Shown one piece after another: positions 27,818-42,266 of a stretch of DNA of 64,000 nt. The position numbers and the translations under genes are program-made. The notes under the pieces were generated by a model. That model saw only the letters and a list, made by a program, of their open reading frames with translations. It ran no database searches and was not told the DNA's origin. The DNA comes from Octopus vulgaris (lineage: Eukaryota). Every line of letters begins with the position of its first letter. The stretch's first letter is position 1. The stretch is taken from NCBI GenBank assembly GCA_951406725.2, contig OX597814.1, positions 30,008,001-30,072,000 of the forward strand, written 5' to 3'.

Positions 27818-29067
27818 TATTTATACATAGTACATACGTAGATACATGGGCACAAGTATAACTGTGTAGCTAAAAGGTTCACTTCAAAACCATGTGGTTC
27901 TGGGAGCAATCTTACATTGCCATTCTTAGGGAAGTTTCTTCTGCCATAGGTTCAGGTTGGTTGATGTCTTATGGGTGTAAATGTATATGTGTGCATATAT
28001 GTGTCTCTAATTTATGCAGAAAATCACAGGCATATGGAAACATCAGAAAAGAGAGAGATAAAAGAAAACCCATTCAACTTGTTCTCTTCATTATATGACA
28101 GATTTAGAAAAGATACTTTTTCTTGTAATTGTTTTAAGTGGAGTAAACTTTGAAATTTATGGCTGGTTCTTGTGTAATGTTTTGTTGCGTGATAACCTAC
28201 TTCTGTCAGAAACAGTTGTTTTCTTATTTATCCTGGTTTTATTATTGATAAACAACTTTAAAATTTTAATCAGAATGTTGTTCCATGGCAAATCATCATC
28301 ATCGTCATCATCATAATCATCATCATCATCAACATTGCCATTTGATGTTCACTTTTTCATGCTTGCATGGGTCAAAGAGAATTTGTTAGCATGGATATTC
28401 ACGGAAGACTGGAAATGAACAACCTTGCTTGTATGATGATAATACTCATTTACAACCACCACATGATGTCGAAAAAAAGAGTACACACACACATGAACAG
28501 GCTTCTTTCAGTTTCCATCGACCAGATTCACTCATTAGGCTTTGGTTGACCTGGGGCTATAGTAGAAGACACTCACTGAAGGTGCTATGTAGTAGGACTG
28601 AACCAATGGCAACATCGTTGGGAAGCAAGCTTCTTAAACACACACACACACAATGAACCTCTGCACAATTTCTGTCCATCCTTCACAACATATTGACCAA
28701 CTTGAGGCAAAGATGAAAGATTATTTTTTAAACATCAAACACTACTCCTTGTCTTATGCTTACAAATGCTGACCAGGTTGTTTTGAACTGAGAATAAAAA
28801 TTTTTTTCAAGTGTTCTCACTGGCTGGCATCAGATAATTTTTATTAAACAATATTTCATATTTATATGTGCTTAATGTCATGGAACAAATTTCAGATGAC
28901 ATGAACTATAAAAGAAAGTCAATACAAGTACTTTTAAAATATTTCAATTGTGTTGTTGACTAAACATGACAATATTGTTTTAACTACGACAGTCACATAT
29001 TTTTCTGTGGTTTCAAACATAGTTAGCAATGTATATATGTATGTAGGTAGGTATGTTTGTATATCTC

Positions 29068-29250
29068 GTCTGTTTTTAAATTATTATAAATCTTCCACTG
29101 AGGAGGGAGCCAACTTCCAACAAAGATACAAGGCTCCATCATTGGGATGTCTTATGTACTGCAAGGCACAAGTTGGTAATGTGAGTGTCTGTGTGCTGCA
29201 AGGCACCAGTTAGGAATGTGTGTCACTCGTGTATTGTAAAACATCAATTA
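29068..29250 (-). mobile_element. 3' UTR fragment of the RLE-type LINE at 31995-32660
   Basis: About 80 nt nearly identical to 31995-32077, with the same gtatgtaggtaggtatg flank. Confidence 0.75.
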
Positions 29251-29256
29251 GTTTAA

Positions 29257-29478
29257 CCCTTTAGCAGTTAAACTAGCCACGTCTAATCCAAATATTCTAC
29301 CTACATGTTTTATGTTTAAACTGGCTAGATCTGGCCTCTCACACCTACCCCACTGTGTCATTTTAAAAATAAACAATCACATCAGTGAAATTTCAAAGCT
29401 ATGAAATAGTGCATGATGAATTCAAAACTGTGAATAAATAAGCATTACATTGGACAGAATAATATGAATGCTAAAGGG
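29257..29478. mobile_element. piggyBac-type MITE
   Basis: TTAA on both sides, TIR CCCTTTAGCA/TGCTAAAGGG. Opposite-orientation copy at 52925-53144. Confidence 0.85.
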
Positions 29479-29522
29479 TTAAAATGTTTTATGAAGATTT
29501 TGTATCTTAGGAGGGTCATTAT

Positions 29523-30108
29523 TATCATCATCATCATTGTTTAATGTCTGTTTTCCATGCTGGCATGGGTTGGACGGTCTGACAGAGGACTGGCAAGCCT
29601 GTAGGCTGCACCAGGATCCAATCTGATCTGGCAAGGTTTCTACAGCTGAATGCCCTTCCTAACGCCAACCACTCCGAGAGTGTAGTGGGTGCTTTTTATG
29701 TGCCACCAGTACGGGAGCCAGTCAGGGGCACTGGCATTGCCCACGTTTGAATGATGCTTTTTACATGCCACCAGCACACATGCCAGTCAAGCGGCACTGG
29801 CATTGGCTATGACTACAATTTCACTTGACTCAACAGTTCTTCTCAAGCACACCATATCGCCCAATGATTCAAGGGTACTTTTAAATGGGCTGGTTATGCA
29901 ATACTGGCATCAGCCATGGTTGCAATCTCACTTTACTTGCCGGGTCTTCTCAATCACAGCATGTCTCCAAAGGTCTTGGTCTCTTGTTATTGCCTCTGTA
30001 AGGCCCAACATTTGAAGGATGTGCTTCACCACCTCATCCCATGTCTTCCTGGGTCTACCTCTTCCACAGGTCCCTTCCACTGTTAGGGTATGACACTTCT
30101 TCACACAA
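29523..30108 (-). mobile_element. 5'-truncated RTE-clade LINE (ORF C-terminus, 3' UTR and (ATG)n tail)
   Basis: Minus strand reads CVKKCHTLTVEGTCGRGRPRKTWDEVVKHILQMLGLTEAITRDQDLWRHAV, the typical RTE C-terminus, and is continuous with the common tail. Confidence 0.88.
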
Positions 30109-30651
30109 TCACTGGTTCTATTTCATTTCATTATTTTTATTATTTATCAATTGGTTAACCATATTACCAATTAGCTAATTGATTGTTTGAGTAATCGTTT
30201 GGTTTAACAATCAGTTTTCTCAAAGTTCTTTTGTTGCCATTCGCAACCTCATCAATGACATACCCTCTCTACTCTGAGTCAGTTTCAGGTCTGTTTGTCT
30301 GTCTCTTGGTTTGCAGTTTCTGTATTTATAGTGTTACATGTAAGTGAGGATATATGTGAGATGGAGAGAGAGAGAGAGAGAGAGAGAGGAAGAGAGAGAG
30401 AGAGAGAATATATATGTGTGTATGTGTTTCTGTGTGTCTGTGTAAATAGATGCATGTTTGTGGCATAGTGGATTCTATGAGTAAGCATATTAGAGAGAAC
30501 ATGTGTATGTGTATGCGTGCACATGTACTTGTGCACGTATACGGTGTAGATTTTGTGATTCTTGCAAACCACATGTAAAAGCAAAATATTTGATAAAGAT
30601 AACTATCACCATTTACTTATTTTTCTTTCTTCTGTATTCTTCCTTTTATAG

Positions 30652-30885
<234 letters not shown>

Positions 30886-31912
30886 TAAGTTTTCCTTTTT
30901 AAACTACTCAATAAAACCATGTTAATTAGTCTTGGTTTCAAATTGCTGAGCTATAAGGTGTTTCAAGTTTCATTATCTACAAATTATTTTAACATATCTT
31001 TTTAATTTTTGCTCTAATATTTTCATAATTTGTTTATGAAATCTCATAATTCTTAAATTGTGTCAATTATTTATTGGCAATGTTATTCAGTTTTAAACTA
31101 TTTGATATTCCATTCATGTAAAGCTTGGAGATCAGAGAGATGAGGGTGAGCCACTGATTTTTCACATTGAAAAGTTACAGCTCCAATAATATGGACATGT
31201 GATTAAAATGTCACAGGAAAGACCTTCAAATTGAATTCTTCAAACTGAACTAACTGGCAGGATACCTAAGGGTATATCAAGAACAGAATGGTTGAGTAAT
31301 ATCCATAGTTTCAGTTGGTCACTTGGGAATCCACTCCAAAAAGTCAAAGAACAGTTGCTTCTGATAAGACTCTATGGAGGAGGTACATGGGGACTCTACA
31401 CTGATGACACTCCCAGGATTTGCGGATGGATGGATAAAACATATATATATTTTTCTTGATCTTGATGGAAAAGGCATTCATAATCTGAGTAGGTACTGGT
31501 GCAAGAACCCAATAAAGCCTACTATGAAAGGTATTCTAACCAACTACATGTTTCTCACTACATGGTTTCAGATTCAATCCCACTTCAGAGCACCTTGGAC
31601 AAGTGTTTTCTGCTATTGTTCCAGGCCTGCCCAAGTCTTGTGAGTGGATTTGGTAGATATAAACTTAAAGAAGGACAGTGTGTATCATCACCATCATCAT
31701 CATCATCGTTTAACGTCCATTTTCCATGCTAGCATGGGTTGGACGGTTCAACCGGGGCCTGGGAAGCCAGGAGGCTGCACCAGGCTCCAGTCTGATCTGG
31801 CAGTGCTTTTTATGTGCTACCAGCACAGGTGCCAGGGGAGGCTGGCAGTGGCCATGAGCGGTTGGTGTTTTTTACATGCCACCGGCACAGGAGCTAGTCA
31901 AGGCGGCACTGC

Positions 31913-31984
<72 letters not shown>

Positions 31985-31994
31985 AGGTAGGTAT

Positions 31995-32660
31995 GTCTGT
32001 TTTTAAATTATTATAAATCTTCCACTGAGGAGGGAGCCAGCTTCCAACAAAGATACAAGGCTTCATCATTGCGATGTAGTTAACACAGACAAATTCACAC
32101 TTGGAACTTGAGAAAAGTCTTGCATATTTTTACTGTTCCACTCACTGTAATGTACAAATCAGCTGGTCATTTTCTCTTTCTGAAAATCCCAGTTTATCCA
32201 GATTCTCCTCTAAGCATTTACTAACAAAACCTAGTGCTCCAATTATTATTGGTATGAATATAAATTCATAGTCTGGATATAGAAGCTGGAGGTTTTGAAG
32301 CAGTTGTCCATAGATATCCTCTTTTTATTTGATTTTCAAAGAGATATTCATATCAGCAAGGTAGCTGACATCTATGACGGCACATACCTTTTCCCCTCTG
32401 TCCCAATCAACAATATCTGGCCATTTGACAAAAGTTTTGATGGGAACATTCCACCACTATTCCTTGAGTTGGTGTTTATGAATGTATTCCATAACAAAGA
32501 TATTTTTAAAGTTTATTTCAGGACAGTCTTTTTCGTGGATGGCATTGTAAATTGTTTTAGCAACAACATCATGCTGTATAGGGAGGTAGTAGCGTGACAT
32601 TTTAGGACAGCTGCTCATCACATGTATAATGTCTTCCCCAGAAACATGACATAGCCTACA
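31995..32660 (-). mobile_element. 5'-truncated RLE-type (R4/Dong-like) non-LTR retrotransposon
   Basis: CRLC..EDIIHVMSSC zinc knuckle, QHD (cf. RHD), WPDIVDWD...VIDVS (PD..D nuclease), IPIIIGALG, ending GTVKICKTFLKF. Flanked by (TATG)n on both sides. Confidence 0.85.
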
Positions 32661-33849
32661 CATATATGCATGCATGTATGTATGCATGTATGTATGTATG
32701 TATGTATGTATGTATGTATGTATGTATGTATGCATGCATGCATTACTATCCTCTTAATCTTGACATTGAATGATAGTTGTCATGCAAGCAGTGCTCTTCA
32801 TTTCTAATCTTCTGGGAAAACATGACTGGTCATGGGGAAATACTACCTTGCTTACAAACAAGTGTGTGTTGGTGATAGGAAGGGCATCCATCTAGAAAAT
32901 CTGGCTCAACAAATTCATCCAAGCATAGAAAAGTAGATGTTAAAGTGATGATGTGTGTATCTTGGACTATATTATTTTATAAATCTTTCTTTTTAAAAAA
33001 AAATGGTATAATGTGATCTGAGAGGTATTTGGTTGCCATTTCTTGCCAGTAGAGCAGCTACATTTAATTGAGGGCAGATTTATGAAAATGGCTGAAACAA
33101 TATGCCTTTAAACAATGTGTTTTATTGTATCTGTTATGATACTTCACTGTTCTGCAGTCATATTAAATCACAGTTCAAAGATTATTTAGCTATAATAATG
33201 TACTGAAGTCAGGTCAATTCTATTGACATCTTTACACTACACTTCTTAAAAAAATTCATTGGATGTAATCGGTTTTATTCAAATTTAATAGAGGCCTAGG
33301 TCAAACCTGTTTGAGTAAATCTCTGATCAAAGTCATTCCAAACAATAGGTTTCTTTCAGTTTCTGCCTTCTATATCCATTCACAAAGTTTTGGTTGGTCC
33401 AAAGCTATAGTAAAAGACACTTGCCCCAGGTGCCATACAGAGGAATTGAAGTTGAAGCCATGTGGTTGGGAAGCAGATTTCATATGACATAGCCTCTCCT
33501 ACACCTAGAAAAGATATTCTGACCATGCATTTTGTGAACAACAGCATCATTGATTGTAAGTTTCCAATGGGCCAATCACTAGTTCATTGCATTTCTATCA
33601 GAAACATAACAAGATAGTGTTTCTACAACTGTTCTCCAGAGACACAATGTAGCAAGGGAGGAAGGGATACATACCATAAAACCTCTGACTAGTTGGCTGT
33701 GACTATTTTAAAATCTTGGTAAAATGTCAAACACAGGTTTTAAAATAATTATTTGATGCTTAAATAGGTAAATTAGCAAGCGGTCAAATAGTTCCAAATA
33801 TAGCATGCAATATATATATATATATGTGTATGTGTGTGTGTGTATATAT

Positions 33850-34069
33850 ACTCTCTTTACTCTTTTACTTGTTTCAGTCATTTGACTGCGGCCATGCTGG
33901 AGCACCGCCTTTAATCGAGCAACTCGACCCCGGGACTTATTCTTTTGTAAGCCCAGTACTTATTCTATCGGTCTCGTTTGCCGAACCGCTAAGTAATGGG
34001 GACATAAACACACCAGCATTGGCTGTCAAGCAATGCTAGGGGACAAACACAGACACACAAATACACACA

Positions 34070-34107
<38 letters not shown>

Positions 34108-34265
34108 TACGACGGGCTTCTTTCAGTTTCCGTCTACCAAATCCACTCACAAGGCTTTGGTCGGCCCGAGGCTATAGTAGAAGACACTTGCCCAAGGTGC
34201 CACGCAGTGGGACTGAACCCGGAACCATGTGGTTGGTTAGCAAGCTACTTACCACACAGCCACTC
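33850..34265 (-). mobile_element. Young CORE-like SINE (same family as 56921-57322)
   Basis: Near-identical reverse complement with CpGs retained. An older copy follows at about 34480-34855. Confidence 0.88.
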
Positions 34266-34904
34266 AAGCTATATATATATATATATAGCTTGAATTAATG
34301 GGTTCTCAAAAACGAAAAAAATTGGATGTGGCCTTTAAGGTGAAACAGTAAAGTCTAATGAAACTAGTGATGGTCTGTATCCACAAATAGGAAGGTTAGA
34401 AGGTAGGTGAGTCTAAGGGAAATGAGAGACATGATGTTTATGTGTTTAACCTCTTTTTACTCTTAGCTGGTATCTTTTATCTTTTGCTTGTTTCAGTCAT
34501 TAGATTTCGGTCATACTGGGGCACTGTCTGACCCCGAGTACATTTTTTTTCATATTTTTAAGCCTGGTACTTAATCAAGTGGTCTCTTTTTGCTGAACTG
34601 TTAAGCTATGGGGATGTAAACACACCAACACCAGTTATCAAGCAGTGGTGGGGGACAAACATAGATACAAAGACACACACACAGAGATAGATATATAAAT
34701 TTATATATACAATGTGCTTCTTTCAGTTTCTGTCTTCCAAATCCACTCATGAGGCTTTGATTGGCCTGCGGCTGTAGTAGAGGACACTTGCCAAGGTACC
34801 ATGCAGTGAGACTGAACTTGGAACCGTGTGGTTGGGAAGCAAACTTCTTACCACATGGTAATAAGTTTATTTTGCCTCATGTTATAATGATGATGATGTG
34901 TTTG

Positions 34905-34942
<38 letters not shown>

Positions 34943-34945
<3 letters not shown>

Positions 34946-35215
34946 TCATGTGACCGACCAGACCATCAGATGTTGCTACACATCACTGGTCACAATGCGT
35001 TTGCATTGTTTTAGCCTTCGAATGACGCCACCCAGCTGGCTAAGCAAGCAGGCCAACAGAAGAAAGAGTGAGAGAAAGAGTGGTGAAGGAGTACAGCAGG
35101 GATCACCACCCCCTGCCGGAACCTCGTGGAGCTTTTAGGTGTTTTTGCTCAATAAACACACACAACGATCCTACGACCGCGAGTCTGCTGCCCTAACCAC
35201 TAGGCCATTGTGCCT

Positions 35216-35219
<4 letters not shown>
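34943..35219 (-). mobile_element. tRNA-derived SINE of another family, B-box region deleted
   Basis: Minus strand gtggaggcacaatggcctagtggttagggcagcagactcgcggtcgtaggatcg jumps directly to the core. (ATG)n-type tail. Confidence 0.65.
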
Positions 35220-35263
<44 letters not shown>

Positions 35264-37052
35264 CATGATTTATTGTCTATTTTCCATACTGTTTTTGGTT
35301 GGATGGTTTGATGGGGGCTGGCTAACCAGAGGACTGTGCTTAAATCTTCTGTCTGTTTTGGCATTGTTTCTATGGTTGGATGTACTTCTTAATGCAACCA
35401 CTTTACAGAGTGCTTTTTATGTGGCATATGTATGTATGCATGACTGTCTATCTGTTTGTCAGGTCACTCTCAAGTGCTACTGGTAAAATGTAACCTAGTC
35501 CAACTTGTCAAATAGTTTGGTTGTTGGCAATTTAACTTGCAACCCTACCAAGCTTTCTTGGGGAAGAGGGTGATTATTGGACACCCTTTGGGGTGAAAAA
35601 GAATAAACCTGTGAAAAGGCAGAGGAACTTATGAGAGTCAATGGCCATCCATTTGAGGTCTTGCTGTTCATCAGTCTCATGGCAGACTTGCACTAACTGT
35701 TGCTATCAGCAGTACCAAACAGGGTAAATGGCCCCATACAAGCCATTGCCTCTTTAAACAATTCACTGTGTGAGGTGTTCAAGGGATTTGCTTACTCCAC
35801 TTTTTATCAAAATTGTTCTGTTGAAAACAGAAACGAAAAGGAGAAAAAAAGTGAAATTCTTTGGTCCTTATGTGTGAGAGAGCGGTGGCTATATATATAT
35901 GTCTACATACCATTGGTATTTGTATGAATGTGAGTGTTGTAAAAGATATGTAGCTGTCTATACTGGATATGGGTGTTACCAACTATATGATATCTAATGC
36001 TTTTAAAATTATTTTATTACTGAAATGGAGTTTGGTGTTTTACAGCAGACAGTGACCACAGGGTATGACAGTGAGAGTTAGAATGAGAGAAACAGAAAAC
36101 ATACAGGGACAGATTGGGGAAAGGAGGAAGAGAATTGGGAACAACAAGAAGTATTAACCCAGAAGGGAATGAATGAAATCAATGCAAGAAATGGAGGTAG
36201 AAGGTATCATGATAAACGATAGGGAAATGTTAATGAAGAAAGAAGGCAAAATATGAATGATGATGATAGGCAAGAATATTTTGCACAAGCTGATATGAGA
36301 AAACATGACTAAAGGGAATAGAAAAGATTTCCTAGAAATTAATCAAAACGTAATGAAAAAAAATGACATGATATGATTATTGAACAGGGAATTATTTATA
36401 GCTGACATTGTGCCACAAAATCAGCTGTGAAATTTCCACAGATATTGTTACAGTGTGTGTTTATATGTGTGTGTATGCGTGTGGCCTTGTCTTGAGGTCC
36501 CATGCTAGTTGTATGTAAATGAAACCGTCATAGAAGCAATGTCATTTATTTGCAGTTTCCCCATGAAATCATGTCTAGTTGTTATGTTGTTCTAGTTGAA
36601 AGGGTTTGGGGAAATATTATCGTGCATTGAAGTAGGTGATTGTTTTGTTGGTGACAGGAAGAACATCTGAATGAAGAAAATTTACCTCAGTGAATTTTGT
36701 TTCATCCAGGCAAGCATGGAAAAGGTGAACATTTTGATGAGGATAATGATGGTGCCATAACAGAAGCTCCCAATATGTACTGTAAAGTGGTTGACATTAG
36801 GAAGTGCATCCAGCTATAGAAACCATGCTAAAGCAGACATTGGAGTTTCATGCAGTCCTTGGACGTATTGGATTCTATCAAACAATTCAACCTATGCCAG
36901 CATGGAACATGTACATTTTATGATGATGATAATGATGATTATATATATTGTTAAATAGCAATTTTTTCTTTGTTATTGTTCATTTTTACCATTTAACATG
37001 TTTTTGATTTTATTTCCTGTTTCTCTCTTTATTGCTCTTTTTATTTTTAAAG

Positions 37053-37189
37053 GTTTGGCAAATTTTATGAATTTCCATTATTATTCCAAAGTATCATTAT
37101 GATTTTAACCATGATTGTTATGATGCACCTTTGTGTAACAGTGAAACAAAAATCAGAAATTATTGCTTCTAAATCGAGAACATTTACAG
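37053..37189 (+). CDS. SLC66A2: PQLC1/SLC66A2-like, coding exon 2
   Basis: Not in the ORF track. Acceptor ...ttatttttaaag|G, donor ACAG|GTGAGT, 137 nt. Reads (W)FGKFYEFPLLFQSIIMILTMIVMMHLCVTVKQKSEIIASKSRTFT, matching the recalled PQLC1 segment [21 protein letters not shown]...RSFT. Phases 2/1 fit the neighbouring exons. Confidence 0.93.
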
Positions 37190-40100
37190 GTGAGTTACTA
37201 ATAATGTCAATTCTCTTTCAACATGGGTTGTTATCATTTTTTATGATGTCTTAAATCATCTTTGCAAATTAGATTTTGCTTGTTTTGTTGGGTCTTGGGA
37301 GGGTCATTATGCCAATAATAACACATGCACAAATTCAACTTCACTTCTTTATTGTTAGCCAATTGGGTAAATATCTAACCAAATAACTAATTTGCTTGTT
37401 TAATGTGCTAGTTAAACAACTAATTGGTTGTTTGTTAGTCAAAGTTTTTTTGTTGCTGTTCTTGACCTTTTCAGTGACTTCCCCTCTTGCTCCAAGGTTT
37501 AACAAGAAAGAAGTGGAATTGTACCTGTGTGTGTGTTATTATTATTGGTGTAATGACACTCCCAAGACACAACAAAATTTGTTTCAACACATGAATTCAC
37601 ATCAAGAATGTTGCAAATCAAATGCAAAAATGAATATCATAGCCTTAATATTCTCTGGAATAATATTGCAATCAAAAATGGGAATTTCTGTTCAATGATC
37701 TTTTAAATTTGATATTTCAAATTTTATAAAACTGTGATGTTATCATGGAACAAACACAGGCAGAAAGAATCAGATTAAAAAAATCTTTTTGAAAAGTAAC
37801 AAAATGTAAAATTAATGTTCAAACTGAACTGAAATTTATTTTAAAAACTTGCTAATAGAAATTTCAATATTCTTAGAATTAAGCCTTCATTTGAATTTCA
37901 TTTCCAAATTTTCTCCACCACAGCATCTTAGGTTTATGAATTTTAAATTGCAAATTAAAATAAAATGAAAGCATTAATTAAAATTTTTTTTTAAATTGTC
38001 ATTTTGCTAGATTAAAAAAAAATTTTAACTATATCCTCTGTATGTATGTGTGTGTGTATATATATATATAATTATATATATATATAATTGTGAAGATTTC
38101 TTCACATGAAACCACTGGTTGCATTGTTATCCCATAAATAAAGTATATCTTTATACACACACACAGACCATAAAAATCAGGAGGTATGAGAGGTGAATAT
38201 GTTTGTTTAACCATTTGATATCCATATGATTATGGCTGTTTCACAAGCTTCACCATGTAATAATAATTTCAGTGTATAATAAATCCTCTTACATGTCTGC
38301 ACCAATATGTATGCTACACATTGTCCAGTACAATTGTATAATTACAAATCAATGCATATATAGAAGGCTAGCTCTTCAGATCGCCAGAACATCATGGTTA
38401 CACCAATGTTTCAACTTTACATATACATTTAAAATAATCCTTTTCATATAGAATGTATGGAAGACTGATAATTGGTATTGCCAATAAAGAATAAATGTAA
38501 ATAATAAATAATAAATATATATATGACTAAACCTGGTACTTATTCTATTGGTCTACTTTGTTGAGGCACTAAGTTGTAGGGATGTAAATTAGGAGACTAG
38601 GACCACATCATAAGTCTGCTTAGTCAGGGCTGACCTTGGTATATACAACGACAATAATAAACATAGAGCATTAACATGCATTTTCTGCCTGTTGCATGGG
38701 CATGCATGCACACACACACACACAAACACACACACACATGTATATTGTATATATAGTGGTGGTGATGTGTGTGTGTTACAAAAACTCAAAATATGTAAAT
38801 AATTTATCAACATGAAACAACCAACCTTTTCTACCATCTATCACTTAAACCATTTAAACTTAAACCCTCAGTAACTAATACCTCCTGTCACTTCTCAAAC
38901 ACCTCTTTCTTGATTCACTTCACTCACAACCCTCTAAATACTTGTAATATACAGTATAAGTGAATATTCTATTACCAATATATTAAACAGTTCTCATCAG
39001 GGATTTCATGTTTAAAAACTGCCCTGAAATAGTTCTCATCTTTATGAAATACTGAGGTTTGGGGATATTTTTAAAGTTACTTATCTAGTATTATGAAAAC
39101 AAAATATGGCTGCTGTTCAAAGAACCTGTCACCAGTTGCATTTTAGGTTCTCATGAATTGATTCTGCTGCATTTATAATGAACACCATCAGTTACTTTTA
39201 AATGTGAATTTTTGTGGTTTCAGGATTTTTTAATATTTTCGCAAATCCTTTTTATTTCTATCTAGTGTCTGTTTTTAAGACTACACAAAATCATATAAGC
39301 TTTATGAATTTTATTAATGATTCTAAAGGATTTTCACATGTCGCCTGGCCCCTGTGCCGGTGGCACGTAAAAAGCACCATCCGTCCGTGGCCGTTTGCCA
39401 GCTCCGTCTGGCACCTGTGCGGGTGGCACGTAAAAAGCACCCACTACACTCACGAAGTGGTTAGCGTTAGGAAGGGCATCCAGCCGTAGAAACACTGCCA
39501 GATCAGACTGGGCCTGATGCAGCCTTCTGGCTTCCCAGACCCCAGTTGAACCGTCCAACCCATGCTAGCATGGAAAGCGGACGCTAAATGATGATGATGA
39601 TGATGATGTTGAAAATAAATAAAATAAAAAAAATACAATGTATGAAGCATCTGAGCATGTAAACAACTGGAACAGCATTAGAGATTGCTGCAATTTCCAT
39701 AATAAAGAATGGAATAAAATATTTTAAGATATTCCTTTTCAAAAATATTCAGAAGAAAGTGGATCCAATCAGTTGTCCTTATAACTGAAGAGCCATCATT
39801 GACTGTTTACTTGTTTAAATGTTTCATATAATAACAGCAGAGGTTGACTGCTGTGCAAAATTTAAAGAAAGGGAAAAGGACAACCTTAGTGATGTTAGGG
39901 AAGTTCTGTCTAAAATATAATAATGGTTTCAAATCTTAGCATAAGGCCAGCAATTTTAGGGGAGAGGGTACATTGATCCCAGTACTTGACTGGTTCTTCA
40001 CTGAACCTCGAAAGAATGAAAGGCAAAGTCAACCTCAACAGCATTTGAACTCAGAGTGTAAAGCTAGAACAAAGGCTGCTGAGCATTTTTGTCTGGAGTA

Positions 40101-41994
40101 CTCATTATTCTGCCTCCTTGCTATCTTTGCCCAACATAATAATGGGAATTTTGTAAGCTACACATCGTAATATACTAATGACTAATAATTTATTTAAATG
40201 ATGATATTTAAACAAAATTTGAAAGCTTAGTTTAAGTTTTATTGAGAATTCAAGTAGTTTTGAGACAAACTTATAACAAATTTATAAAAGAACTTTTTGT
40301 AATGTTGGTTTGAAACATCTGTTTACTATATAAATAAATATGAAATTATGGTTATTTTACAGAACTGAATTATATTAAAATTTAAGTAAAAACAGAAACA
40401 TGAGGGTGCATTTTTGTTAGAAGCAGAGTATGAAAAAGGATAAATCAATATTTCCGATCATTATGGAATACTGAGTTAGCTTTTTGGTATTTATGAGTTG
40501 ATTTTAGCACATTAATAATGAATATTTTAATGTTCTTTCGTGAATAATTCTTTTTATTGATTTTAAAATATTTATGCCATAGTATTATTATATTTTTATG
40601 GCTTAGTCAGGATTATAAACCTTCTGGGACTGGTAGGGGAGAGGGAAGCTGGAGGCCTGGTTTAAATGTTTGCAACAATTTAGACATCTAAAAGTACTCA
40701 AGAGTTCCATTAAAGCAGGTGATGGATTAAGTTCACTATCAAAACTACTGTTATATGTACTTAAGGTCTAATGAACCACATAACATTTTCAACCTAAACA
40801 AAGACAGTGGTTGTAAAAGAAAAATTGGAAAGCAAATACATGGATAAACTCCTTTTCAGAACTTTATTGATAACCACGGTTATCTGATCTTTATAACTGG
40901 CATTGAGTCTATAAAGGCGGTGAACCAGCAGAATCATTAGTGCATCAGACAAAATGCTTAGTGGTGTCTTCTAGCACTTTGCATTCTAAGTTCAAATTCC
41001 ACTGTGGTCAACTTTGCATTTCATTCTTTTGAGGTTCATTAAATATGTACCAGTTGAACACTGGTGGGTGGAGGCAGGGGTCAATGTAATCAAGGTTAAA
41101 AGATTTTGTATGTTTTTGAATGGCTGATATGAGTCTTCCATACTATAATTGCTGTATGTCTTATTCTATTTTTTCAATGGATTCAGTCATTGGACTGTGA
41201 CATGATGGGGTTCTGTCTAAAAGGGTTTTAGTAAATTATACTGACACGGGTACTTTAGACTGGAACTCCCTTTATTGATCTCTATTTATGAAGTAATTAA
41301 ATTCATCAGAATTATGCTATTTTAATAAGTTACTCTCTAGAGTGTGTGTGTGTGTGTGTGTACACACACACACATTATGAAAGAATTAAGAAGAAAATGT
41401 TGATTTTCTCTTTAATACTTCTTCAAATATGGTGATGTCTATGTTTTGCTGAGACTAAGACCAAAACACATCCAAAGTTCTCTCTCTCATAAGTGCCAAA
41501 AGAATTAATATAACATTAGTCATTAAGTAATGTTGTCTTTACTTCACTACATAATTATTTCTTGTTAACTTTTTTAATACTACATTAAATATGTTAATAC
41601 ACTAATCTATTTTTTGCTGATGGTACCTTGACTCTAGTCAATGTATTCTCTCTCTTTATGTGTGTGTGTGTGTGTGTATGTGTGAGAGAGAGAGAGAGAG
41701 TTAAATAGAGGAGTAGTGTTGTAGTGTCTATAAATTTCTGAAGCACTTCTGAAGTGGTCACACTAATGCAATAATGCTCTGTTCAGTGTCTGTTAGAAAA
41801 ATGAAATTGCTGTGGATATTCAATGGATCTGCAAATCTGGAAAAGAATAATTGGGAAATTTGTTTAGTGCAGGATCATGGAGTGAGTCACTGTAGGGAGG
41901 ATGATATAGAAAAAACAAATGTATTGGTTGGGCCAAGATGGTGGTGATATGCAGGTAGTTCTAAGGAGAAGGCAATGTTATGTTTTATATATAC

Positions 41995-42119
41995 ATCTGT
42001 AAATGTAGTATGTGACAATTATTCTGTAGCCATGATAAAACTTCGAGTTTCAGATACCGAGGTGGATTCCCATCTTTATCATGGCTACAGAATAATTGTC
42101 ACATATTACATTTACAGAT
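41995..42119. repeat. Near-perfect inverted repeat (45-bp arms, 35-nt loop)
   Basis: 41995-42039 is the reverse complement of 42075-42119 with one mismatch (G-U in + strand RNA). Confidence 0.93.
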
Positions 42120-42182
42120 AAATTCCTCTATTTACATAATATCGAGGTCTCTTTCATTCTTTTGTTGTCTTACCATTTTTAT

Positions 42183-42266
<84 letters not shown>

